Source of the DNA: an uncultured delta proteobacterium
GTDB lineage: Bacteria > Desulfobacterota > Binatia > UBA9968
Reading direction: 5' to 3'
DNA: 64,000 bases
Assembly: GCA_963755715.1 (NCBI GenBank)
Contig: CAVWLW010000034.1
Coordinates: 32,001 to 96,000 of the forward strand
Shown: positions 33,440-42,307 of the stretch, piece after piece
Layout: every line of letters begins with the position of its first letter
Position numbering within the stretch: position 1 is the first letter of the stretch
Notes under the pieces: model-generated
What the model saw: the letters and a program-made list of their open reading frames with translations, nothing else
Databases searched by the model: none
What the model was told of the DNA's origin: nothing
Position numbers and translations under genes: made by a program

Positions 33440-33464
33440 TAGGGCGACCGCCGGTCGCCCCTAC
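33440..33464. repeat. GTAG-type REP palindrome
   Basis: TAGGGCGACCGCCGGTCGCCCCTAC (minus strand begins GTAGGGGCGA, as at 32031). Confidence 0.65.
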
Positions 33465-33487
33465 AGATCCGCGCTTTGCCGCAAATC

Positions 33488-33853
33488 CTAATCTTTCGAC
33501 AGCTCGACGCGATTTCCGTTCGGGTCGGTGATGTAAACCGAATAGCCCGGGCCTTTGCCGTGCACGCGCGTTTCTTCGACTTTGATCCCTTTGGCTTCGA
33601 GCTCTTTGATCAATTCTTTGGAGTCGCTCGGCCCATCAATGTCGAACGTGTGATGGGGCACGCCGGTAAATTGCTTTTCCGAAGCATCGAACAGGCCGAG
33701 ACCGGTTTCGCCGGCGCGTAAGCGGTTGACTTTAACCCCGGCGAGGGTCTGCTGCGCGCCTAGCTCCGCGCCCAAGGCGAGCTGATAAAAGCGCGTCATG
33801 GCGTCTAAGTTTGGCGCGTGAAAATTCCATGAACGCAGTCGCAATACTTTCAT
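33488..33853 (-). CDS. VOC/glyoxalase family protein
   Basis: FYQLALG, HHTFDI, YITDPNGNRVEL; AGGAGG SD. Confidence 0.88.
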   Translation of the reverse strand: MKVLRLRSWNFHAPNLDAMTRFYQLALGAELGAQQTLAGVKVNRLRAGETGLGLFDASEKQFTGVPHHTFDIDGPSDSKELIKELEAKGIKVEETRVHGKGPGYSVYITDPNGNRVELSKD

Positions 33854-33928
33854 AACAACCTCCTAACTAAACTGTTTGTGAAAAAATATTTCTATACCGC
33901 GTGAGCACATGGTTCGCTGCATCGATAG

Positions 33929-34775
33929 CTACTTGACCGCGCCCATGGTGAAGCCGGCGATAAACCGATCGACGAAGAAATTGTAGAGAATCGCGATCGG
34001 CACGCTGGCGATGAAGCAGCCGGCCATCAGCGAGCCCCAGAAATAGACGTCGCCGTGCACTAAGAAAGTCGGCACGCCGACGCCGACGGTCATATTGCGC
34101 ACGGAAGAAATAAAAGTCACGGCATAAACAAATTCCTGCATCACGAGAGTGAAGCTGAAGATCGCCACCGTCAGTATGCCGGAAAGCGAGATCGGGACGA
34201 CCACTTTGATGAACGCGCCCAAGACGGCTGCAGCCGTCGATCATGGCGGCTTCTTCGACGTCTCTTGGGATCGCTTTGAAAAAGCCCATCATCAGCCACG
34301 CGGAGAACGGCACTGTGAAGGATGGATAGACCAACACGAGAGACCAGAGCGAATCGTCCAAATTTAAATTAACCACGACGCGCGACAACGGAATGAACAA
34401 AAGCGTCGGAGGAACCAAATAGGTGAGAAAGATGCTGATCCCCAACTTCGCGCCCCAATTTCCCGTGAGCCGCGCCAAAGCGTAACCGGCGGGGATCGCG
34501 AGCGCGAGCGTAATCAGCACGACCAGGACACCGACGAAGACAGTATTCAGGAGCCACTGGCCGTAGAGGGTTTCGTAAAACAGCCGATGGATATGTTCGA
34601 AGGTTGGCCATTCGTAGAATAAAAACGGATTGTGCTTAAGGTCATACAAGTCGGAAGTTCGCTTGAACGTCGTGATGAGCATCCAGACAAACGGAAAAGC
34701 GAAAAAGAAGGTGAGCGTGCCGAGGATACCCCAGCGGGTCGATCGCGCGCCCCAGAGTTTGATTCGTTCGATCAT
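33929..34775 (-). CDS. Carbohydrate ABC transporter permease (frameshift near 34222)
   Basis: EEAAMIDGCS EAA loop; C-terminal FIAGFTMGAVK in the second frame. Confidence 0.88.
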
Positions 34776-34779
34776 CGCT

Positions 34780-35727
34780 TTACGTGACCTCAGCGCGGTG
34801 CGCGATGATTAAGAAGCCCAACGCCACGGCGAGGAGCAAAGGAAAAAGAAATAAGGCAATCGCCGCGCCTTCGGCCAAGTCGCCGCCGGCAATGCCGGTG
34901 TAAAATGCCAGGCTGGCCAGCACCTGAGTCGTGTCGAACGGCCCGCCGCGGGTGAGGTTATAAATGATGACCATGTCGGTGAAGGTGAAAATCAATCCGA
35001 AGAGCAGTGCAACTAAGCTGATCGGCAGAACGAGCGGCAGCGTGATTTGAAAAAAATGACGCCAAAACCCGGCGCCATCGACGGCCGCAGCATCATGAAT
35101 ATCCTGCGGAATCGAGCCGTAGCCGGCGAGCAAAATGACCGTGGCAAGAGGCAACTGGCGCCAAACGTGGACGGCGATAACTGAGCCCATCGCGAGGTGC
35201 GGCAATCCCAACCACATGAAACCCTGTCCATGGATCAATCCCGTAAGCCGCAGCATCCAATTCAATACGCTGTAGGTCGAGTCGAAGATCCACAGCCAAG
35301 CAATAGTTCCGATGGAGATCGGCGCCACCCACGGCAGAAGAATAAGAAATCGGATCAGCCGTCTGCCGGGAAATTCATGCTGCAGCGCCAACGCGAGCGC
35401 GTTACTGAGCACCAAGATCACAGCCTGAGAGATTAAGCCAAAGACAATCGTGTTCTTCAGAGCAGTCTGGAACTTGGGCGTGCCGATGACCGCGGTGAAA
35501 TTGCGCAGCCCGACGAAGCCCATTGTGCCGCCGCCTGTGGTGGTGTTGCTGACGCTATAATAGAGCGCCATGAAAAACGGCACTCCGACGAGCAGAAAGA
35601 TGTATAGGACCGCGGGGCCGATGAGGAGCGGCCCGAGCCAGCGCTCGCTATCAAGAATAGCAACGCCGCGCTTTTGCTCGGCAAACGAGCTTTGCGCCGC
35701 TGGCGTGATCGGAACAGGGGATTTCAT
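34780..35727 (-). CDS. Carbohydrate ABC transporter permease
   Basis: FVGLRNF, IPQDIHDAAAVDGAG, LTRGGP. Confidence 0.9.
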   Translation of the reverse strand: MKSPVPITPAAQSSFAEQKRGVAILDSERWLGPLLIGPAVLYIFLLVGVPFFMALYYSVSNTTTGGGTMGFVGLRNFTAVIGTPKFQTALKNTIVFGLISQAVILVLSNALALALQHEFPGRRLIRFLILLPWVAPISIGTIAWLWIFDSTYSVLNWMLRLTGLIHGQGFMWLGLPHLAMGSVIAVHVWRQLPLATVILLAGYGSIPQDIHDAAAVDGAGFWRHFFQITLPLVLPISLVALLFGLIFTFTDMVIIYNLTRGGPFDTTQVLASLAFYTGIAGGDLAEGAAIALFLFPLLLAVALGFLIIAHRAEVT

Positions 35728-35735
35728 GGGCGCGC

Positions 35736-36764
35736 TCAGACCGGTCGCGGCGCGATGCGCAGCTCGGTCGCAGTGTCGAAAAATTTTAGCTCGCTTTCCG
35801 GCACGGTAAAATCATAGCTGGTTGCGGGCTCGATTTTAACCGTAACCGTGGCGGGCAAGCGGGCGATAACTTTTTGCTCTGAAAAGTCGCCTATTAAATT
35901 TCCGTAAATTAGACGATCGGCGCCGAGATACTCGACGCGGGTCACGCTGAAACGGAACGCGACGACTTTCGTGTTACCGTTCAAAATTTTAGGATGAAAA
36001 TTTTCCGGCCGAAAGCCGAGAGTGTAGTCGCGATGACGTACCAGATTCATCGGCGGCGAACCGACGAAACCGGCGACGAAAGTATCGGCCGGCTCATCGT
36101 AGATCTCTTGCGGCGTGCCGATCTGGCGCACGGTGCCGGCTTTCATCACGACGATGCGATCGCCCAGGCCCATGGCTTCGACCTGATCGTGGGTTACGTA
36201 AATCGTCGTCGTGCCGATGCGGCGCTGAAATTGTTGCAGCTCGTCGCGCGCCGAGGCGCGCAGCTGCGCGTCGAGATTGGAAAGCGGTTCGTCGAGTAGG
36301 AAAACCGAGGGCTCGCGCACCAGCGCGCGGGCGAGCGCGACCCGCTGGCGCTCCCCACCGGAAAGCTCGCGCGGCTTGCGTTGTAGCAAATGGCCGATGC
36401 CAAAAAGCGCAGCGGCCCAGTCGACCTTTTGCGGAATCAGCGCTTTGCTCATCCGCTGCGCCTTCAATGGAAAGGCGATATTCTTAAAAACAGTCATGTG
36501 GGGATAAAGGGCGTAGCTCTGAAACACCATGGCGATTTTCCGCGCGCGCGGCGGCAAATCGTTCACTACTGTTCCGCCGATGAGCAGCTCGCCATCCGTG
36601 GGCTTTTCAAAGCCTGCGATCATGCGCAGAAGCGTGCTTTTGCCGCAGCCCGAAGGACCGAGCAGCACGAGGAATTCTCCGTCTCTGGTAAGTAGGTTAA
36701 TCCCATTCACCGCGGCAATGTCGCCGAAAAATTTTCTGATTTCGCGTGTCTCGACTGTGGCCAT
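35736..36764 (-). CDS. Carbohydrate ABC transporter ATP-binding protein (MalK/UgpC-like)
   Basis: GPSGCGKST, VFQSYALYPH, LSGGERQR, DEPLSNLD, VTHDQ. Confidence 0.93.
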   Translation of the reverse strand: MATVETREIRKFFGDIAAVNGINLLTRDGEFLVLLGPSGCGKSTLLRMIAGFEKPTDGELLIGGTVVNDLPPRARKIAMVFQSYALYPHMTVFKNIAFPLKAQRMSKALIPQKVDWAAALFGIGHLLQRKPRELSGGERQRVALARALVREPSVFLLDEPLSNLDAQLRASARDELQQFQRRIGTTTIYVTHDQVEAMGLGDRIVVMKAGTVRQIGTPQEIYDEPADTFVAGFVGSPPMNLVRHRDYTLGFRPENFHPKILNGNTKVVAFRFSVTRVEYLGADRLIYGNLIGDFSEQKVIARLPATVTVKIEPATSYDFTVPESELKFFDTATELRIAPRPV

Positions 36765-36817
36765 GAGATTCTGAATCTCTACTTTGCGTTTGCCTCGTGG
36801 ATTAGTTACCCATGCAA

Positions 36818-36854
36818 AGAAAAGGAGACGCCGAACTCCGGAGTCTCCTTTTCT
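36818..36854 (-). terminator. Hairpin/terminator after the solute-binding gene
   Basis: AGAAAAGGAGAC-13 nt-GTCTCCTTTTCT. Confidence 0.55.
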
Positions 36855-36901
36855 GATGAACACCGCGCGGCCCGGTGCCGCCTTCGCGGGCGACTGCGAA
36901 T

Positions 36902-38245
36902 TTAAATCAGCTTGCGCTCGCGCCACTTATCCCAGATACGCCTGCATTCGGACTCGGCCTCTTTAACCGCATCCTCGGGGCTCAGCACGCCCTGCGCGGC
37001 TTTAGCGAACATCACGTTGATGACCCATTTCTGATAAACTTCGTCGATGGCGGCGTTGGCATAACCCGGGTAGCCGATGTTGGTGGCCCAACTCAGCACA
37101 TCCTCCAGGACCTTGTACTTGTCAGGCGGGTTAGCCTTGCTGTCTTTGCTAAGCAGTTGCTTGAGGTCGGGGACGGTGCGTTGATAGCAGGGAAAGTTGT
37201 AAAACTCGCCGTTCAAAAACGCCTGGCGAAAGTTGCCCACGTAATCGATCAGAAATTTTTTGGCGCCGTCGATGTTCTCGGCGAACTTCCAAATTACGTA
37301 AACATCCATCACGTGTTCGAGGCCGATCCGGCGCACCGGCCCGGCAGCAGCCTTAGCCAAATGGATTTTCTCGGCAAACGCCGGGTTGTCTTTTTCTCCC
37401 GTGCGGGTGATCGAAATCGCATTCAGCGCTAATGAGACTGTACCAGCAAGCATAGCGCGGTTGTTTGAAGACGGGTCCCAAGTAAACACTTCCGGCGTCA
37501 TAGCCTCTTGAAACAACGCCTTAACGAACTTCACCGCCTCGACCGTGTTTTTCGAGTTCAAGGCCAGATAGCCGGCGGCATCCTGCTCGTGGGCGCCGAA
37601 CGAATACATGATAGTGCGCATGGCCATGGCGGTATCGAGCTCCTGCGCCAAGCCAATGCCCAACGGGATGTTGTGTTTCTGTTTGATCTTGCGACCGCCG
37701 TCGAGGATTTTTTCCCAGCTATCGGGCACCACGCCGACCTCGTCCCAGAGATCTTTACGCCAGTTGATCGGATCGGGCACAAAGGAGGGGGAGAAGCCGA
37801 AGTATTTCTTAGTTTTGGGATTGAAGGTGCTCTTGGTCGCAAGATCAATGGGCTTGCCGTATTTTTTCTCGCACTCGGCGTGGACGTCCTTCATATCAAC
37901 CACTTGTTCCTCGTAGAATGGCGGCGGCCACTCAAAGAGGAAGAGATCATGGCCTTTTTGGGCCGACGCCTCGGCAGCCGCGCGAGCGGCTAATCCGGGG
38001 AGCCCGATATTGTCGACGGTCACCTCGGTGTTATTTTTCTCACCCCACTCTTTGATGTATTTCTCATTGAACCACTTGTCGTATGCGGGGACGAAGTGCA
38101 CCCACTGGAGAATTTTTAAAGTCTTCTTCGCGGCGGCGCCGTGAGACCGCCCGGGCAAAATCAAAGGCGCGCCCAGCCCGGCAGTGAACGCCCCAGCTGC
38201 AGCCGTTTTGATGAAATCGCGTCGGGTGAATCGTTTTTTTGCCAT
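36902..38245 (-). CDS. Carbohydrate ABC transporter solute-binding protein (Tat signal)
   Basis: FTRRDFIK twin-arginine motif; SBP_bac_1-like; first gene of the ABC operon. Confidence 0.88.
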   Translation of the reverse strand: MAKKRFTRRDFIKTAAAGAFTAGLGAPLILPGRSHGAAAKKTLKILQWVHFVPAYDKWFNEKYIKEWGEKNNTEVTVDNIGLPGLAARAAAEASAQKGHDLFLFEWPPPFYEEQVVDMKDVHAECEKKYGKPIDLATKSTFNPKTKKYFGFSPSFVPDPINWRKDLWDEVGVVPDSWEKILDGGRKIKQKHNIPLGIGLAQELDTAMAMRTIMYSFGAHEQDAAGYLALNSKNTVEAVKFVKALFQEAMTPEVFTWDPSSNNRAMLAGTVSLALNAISITRTGEKDNPAFAEKIHLAKAAAGPVRRIGLEHVMDVYVIWKFAENIDGAKKFLIDYVGNFRQAFLNGEFYNFPCYQRTVPDLKQLLSKDSKANPPDKYKVLEDVLSWATNIGYPGYANAAIDEVYQKWVINVMFAKAAQGVLSPEDAVKEAESECRRIWDKWRERKLI

Positions 38246-38437
38246 TGCCATGCCTCCTTTTTGTCGGAACGTTCTCACTCGAAGATTAGCGCATCGCGAA
38301 TCTAGCTAAACGCCACCAGGTGGCCACGGTATTTCACCTCCGAAACATAATAGTGCTAGTACGACGTCAATTTCAAATTCGGCTCTTCGTCCGTTCGAAC
38401 GGATCCGATTTTAAAAACTAAAGCTCCGCTTGTTCGT

Positions 38438-39286
38438 TCAACCGACATGGCTCCAGGCGTGATAGGAGCTGCGCACCAATGGGCCGGACTCGACGTGACG
38501 AAAGCCCAATTGGTCGGCCGCCACTTTGAACTGCTGAAACTCTTCCGGCGTTACGTAGCGTTCGACTTTGAGCTGGCGATCAGACGGCTGCAGATATTGG
38601 CCGATGGTGACGATGTCGACGTCGTTGTTCCGCAAATCTCGCAGCGTGGTCATGATTTCTTCGGCGGTCTCGCCGACGCCGACCATGAAACCGGATTTCG
38701 TCAGCATCCCGCTGCGCAGCTTTTTCGCTTCTTTTAAGATATTCAGCGAGCACTCGTAAGTATGGCCCGGGCGGACTTTGCCGTAAAGGCGCGGCACGGT
38801 TTCGATATTGTGATTGAGAATTTCGATGCCTGAATTGACCACCGCTTCGAGCGCTTGCAAGTTGCCGTCGAAGTCGGGAATGAGCAGCTCCACGCGGATG
38901 CCAGGGTTGAGCGACTTGATCCAGAAAACCGTCTTGGCGAAATGCGCCGCGCCGCCGTCGGGAAGATCGTCGCGATTGACCGAAGTGACGACGATGTGAT
39001 CCAAGCCGAGATCTTTGACGACGAGGCCGACGTTGCGCGGCTCTTCGGGGTCGAGCGCGAGCGGCTTGCCCTTATCGATGGCACAAAAACGGCAGCCGCG
39101 CGTGCAAGTGTCGCCGAGAATCAAAAACGTCGCTGTCTTGTTGCCCCAGCACTCACCGATGTTCGGGCAGCGCGCTTCTTCGCAAACCGTGTGCAGGTTT
39201 TTCTCGCGCATGAGCCGTTTGAGGCGAAGGTAGTTGGGATTACCCGGCGCTTTGACTTTGATCCAGTCGGGATGTCGGCGCGGCAT
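38438..39286 (-). CDS. lipA: Lipoyl synthase
   Basis: CEEARCPNIGEC, CTRGCRFC radical-SAM motif, VRSSYHA. Confidence 0.97.
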   Translation of the reverse strand: MPRRHPDWIKVKAPGNPNYLRLKRLMREKNLHTVCEEARCPNIGECWGNKTATFLILGDTCTRGCRFCAIDKGKPLALDPEEPRNVGLVVKDLGLDHIVVTSVNRDDLPDGGAAHFAKTVFWIKSLNPGIRVELLIPDFDGNLQALEAVVNSGIEILNHNIETVPRLYGKVRPGHTYECSLNILKEAKKLRSGMLTKSGFMVGVGETAEEIMTTLRDLRNNDVDIVTIGQYLQPSDRQLKVERYVTPEEFQQFKVAADQLGFRHVESGPLVRSSYHAWSHVG

Positions 39287-39292
39287 GGTCGT

Positions 39293-39970
39293 TCACGCAG
39301 GTCGAGGATCGTGATCCTCCATCCTCGATTCTTCATTCTCGGCCTTTTCCACGTGTGAGTAGCCAAACACTTCAGCAAAGTGGTGGAGAAACCGATTTCG
39401 AATACGCTCCATGCTCTGCTCCATGTCGAGCTCTTGTCTCATGGAAGTCACCTCGGCCCAAGTCAGACCGCAGGGAATGATGCGTTTAAAATAACTCAGA
39501 TCCGGGTTCACATTCAGCGCTAAGCCGTGAAAGGTGATACTCCGGCGCACCGCGATGCCGATGGCCGCGATCTTTTTGTCGCCAATCCAAATGCCGGTGA
39601 AGGGCGGACGGCGCGTGCCGGTAAGTCCGAAATCTTTCAAGGTGCGAATGGCGGATAATTCGAGGTTCCTCACGTAACGATGCACGTCCTTGCGCAGCTT
39701 GGAGCGCAAATCGATGATCGGATAAGCGACCAGCTGCCCCGGTCCGTGATATGTCACATCGCCGCCGCGGCTGGTGCAAATGACCGGAACTTCTTCTGGC
39801 GCGAGCACATTCGATTCCTTACCGCCGCGACCGAGAGTGTAAACATGAGGATGTTCGACGAAGAGCAGAATGTCGGCCGAGGCCTCGCGCTGCTTGGATT
39901 CGACGAGCCGTTCTTGCAACTCAAGCGCGGCGAGATATTCCATGCGGCCGAGGTTTCTGTGAAGAAGCAT
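39293..39970 (-). CDS. lipB: Octanoyltransferase
   Basis: EHPHVYTLGR, RGGDVTYHGPGQLVAYP, KIAAIG, HGLALN, IPCG. Confidence 0.96.
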   Translation of the reverse strand: MLLHRNLGRMEYLAALELQERLVESKQREASADILLFVEHPHVYTLGRGGKESNVLAPEEVPVICTSRGGDVTYHGPGQLVAYPIIDLRSKLRKDVHRYVRNLELSAIRTLKDFGLTGTRRPPFTGIWIGDKKIAAIGIAVRRSITFHGLALNVNPDLSYFKRIIPCGLTWAEVTSMRQELDMEQSMERIRNRFLHHFAEVFGYSHVEKAENEESRMEDHDPRPA

Positions 39971-40096
39971 GATAGTCGCTTTGTTAATTTCTATCGCCCA
40001 TCCCAAGTGGATTCAAGCTCATCGCAACATGGCGGCGATTTGACAGAAAAGTGGGGCGACAGCTACAGTCGGCGAAAATTTATCGGGAGATGTTCC

Positions 40097-41641
40097 ATGC
40101 CGCAAGCGACCTTCAATCCACCCTGGTTCGTGCGTAAAGATCTCGACGGCTTTTTCGGTCTGATGATTGACAACCTGATTCAACTTATTCTGATCGTCAG
40201 TTTTTGCCGCGAGCTGATTCATCTGCCGGACGATTACATTTTTGGCAGGATTCTTCCCGGCGCGGCGATTTCGATTCTGGTCGGCAATTTTTTTTACGCT
40301 TGGCAGGCGCGCCGACTGGCGCGCGAAACGGGACGCGAAGACGTGACCGCGCTGCCCTACGGCATCAACACGGTCAGCCTCTTCGCTTTTGTTTTCTTTA
40401 TTATGCTGCCGATTTATCTCGAGACCAAAGATCCCATCTGGGCTTGGAAGGTCGGCTTGGTCGCCTGTTTTTTAAATGGCGTAATTGAAATCTTCGGCGC
40501 CTTTATCGCCGAGAGCGTACGCCGTGTCACGCCGCGCGCGGCGTTGCTCTCCGCATTGTCCGGCATCGCGATTACTTTCATCGCCATGGATTTTACCTTC
40601 AAGATTTTCGCCCGGCCGCTGGTCGCGCTGGTGCCGATGGCGTTAATCTTCGTCGCCTACTTCTCCCATCAAAAATTGCCGCTCGGTTTGCCCGGCGGCA
40701 TGGTGGCCATCGCCGTCGGTACTTTGCTAGGCTGGACGCTCGGCACGATGAACCCCGGTGCAATCACCACCAGCCATTCGATCGCTCTGCCGATTTTTTC
40801 GGGCGGCGCGCTTTGGCAAGCGCTCACGGATCCGGCCTTCCTCAATTATTTCTCGGTGATTCTCCCCATGGGAATTTTCAATGTCGTCGGCTCACTGCAG
40901 AATATCGAAAGCGCCGAGGCGGCCGGCGATCGCTTTCGCACGTTCCCATCCCTGATGGCAAACGGCATCGGTTCGGTGGTCGCGGCGCTGTTCGGCAGTG
41001 TTTTCCCGACGACGATCTACATCGGTCATCCGGGCTGGAAGCGGCTCGGCGCGCGCTCCGGTTATTCCGCTTTGAACGGCATCTTGATTAGTGTTCTCTG
41101 TCTCACAGGCACGATCCAAACCGTGCTCGGCTTGATTCCGCTCGAAGCGGGCATCGGCATTCTGCTTTACATTGGTATCATCATCGTCGCTCAGGCGTTT
41201 CAAGAAACGCCGAAAGAGCATGCGCCGGCGGTCGCCCTCGGCATTGTCCCGGCGTTGGCGGGCTGGGGCTTGTTGATGGTTGAGACGGGTCTTCGGGCTG
41301 CGGGAAAATCGCTCTTCCAAGTCGGCTTAGCGAAGTTTGATAGCGCAAGTCTGGCGATTCACGGCATGATTTCCCTGGAGCGCGGCTTTATCTTTACTTC
41401 GATGATTCTCGCGGCGATCGGCGTGGCGTTGATCGAGCGCAAGTTCGCGCGCGCCGGAGCGTGGGCGCTGGCGGCCGCGCTGCTTTCGGCCATTGGCATT
41501 ATTCACGCCTATGATCTCACTGACGGTGGGATTACGAGCCGTTTCGGGCTGATGGCGGCGCCGGATTTTTTTATAAGTTATCTGCTTTTGGCACTGTTGT
41601 TTTTCGCTGTTGGCTTCTGGGTAAAAAATGGTACGCCGTAA
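40097..41641 (+). CDS. NCS2-like (xanthine/uracil/vitamin C) permease
   Basis: DLDGFFGL, TALPYGINTVS, ESAEAAGD, PTTIYIGHPGWK; many TM segments. Confidence 0.8.
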   Translation: MPQATFNPPWFVRKDLDGFFGLMIDNLIQLILIVSFCRELIHLPDDYIFGRILPGAAISILVGNFFYAWQARRLARETGREDVTALPYGINTVSLFAFVFFIMLPIYLETKDPIWAWKVGLVACFLNGVIEIFGAFIAESVRRVTPRAALLSALSGIAITFIAMDFTFKIFARPLVALVPMALIFVAYFSHQKLPLGLPGGMVAIAVGTLLGWTLGTMNPGAITTSHSIALPIFSGGALWQALTDPAFLNYFSVILPMGIFNVVGSLQNIESAEAAGDRFRTFPSLMANGIGSVVAALFGSVFPTTIYIGHPGWKRLGARSGYSALNGILISVLCLTGTIQTVLGLIPLEAGIGILLYIGIIIVAQAFQETPKEHAPAVALGIVPALAGWGLLMVETGLRAAGKSLFQVGLAKFDSASLAIHGMISLERGFIFTSMILAAIGVALIERKFARAGAWALAAALLSAIGIIHAYDLTDGGITSRFGLMAAPDFFISYLLLALLFFAVGFWVKNGTP

Positions 41642-41654
41642 ACTTAATAGCGAT

Positions 41655-42281
41655 TTAAGAGCGAGTGACCACCGCTGCGGGCACGTATTCCCGCCCATTG
41701 ACTTCGGTGAGATCCCAACCGGCGCCATCGTAGGCGAGCCTAGCAATGCCGCATGGGTCGAGGTGAAACGTCCGATATTCGTTGAGGTGGGTGCCGGTGA
41801 CGCGGCAAACGATACCCAAGATTGGAAAGTTGTGGCTGACGATGACGATCCGCTCCGCCTCGGCGTGGCGCTGCACGATCTGATTGAGTCCATCCCATGC
41901 GCGCTCGGCGACATCGGCAAGTCTTTCGCCCCCGGGTACGCAAATCTCGGCGGGTTCGCTGCGCCAGCGCACGAGAAAATCTCCATAGGTCGATTTGATT
42001 TCGTTGAAAGTCAGCCCTTCCAGCTCGCCGTGATCCAGCTCGCGCACGGCATCGTCGATCAATACCGGTAAATTGTGCGGATGGCTGATGCGCTCGGCGG
42101 TCTGGCGCGCGCGCTGAAGACCGCTGGAATAGACGGCGTCGACTCCTTCGTTGCTCAACCGCTCGGCAATCTGTTCGGCCTGGCGGATGCCGACTTCACT
42201 GAGGTTGCGATCGCTCGAGCCCTGGCAGCGGCCCTGAAGATTCCAGTCCGTCGCGCCGTGGCGCACCAAGATGATTTGCAC
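41655..42281 (-). CDS. Histidine phosphatase (phosphoglycerate mutase family)
   Basis: LVRHGATDWN, RARQTA, ELDHGELEG, VSH. Confidence 0.9.
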   Translation of the reverse strand: MQIILVRHGATDWNLQGRCQGSSDRNLSEVGIRQAEQIAERLSNEGVDAVYSSGLQRARQTAERISHPHNLPVLIDDAVRELDHGELEGLTFNEIKSTYGDFLVRWRSEPAEICVPGGERLADVAERAWDGLNQIVQRHAEAERIVIVSHNFPILGIVCRVTGTHLNEYRTFHLDPCGIARLAYDGAGWDLTEVNGREYVPAAVVTRS

Positions 42282-42307
42282 TTCAGATGTCTCCGGCTTA
42301 AGCGCGC

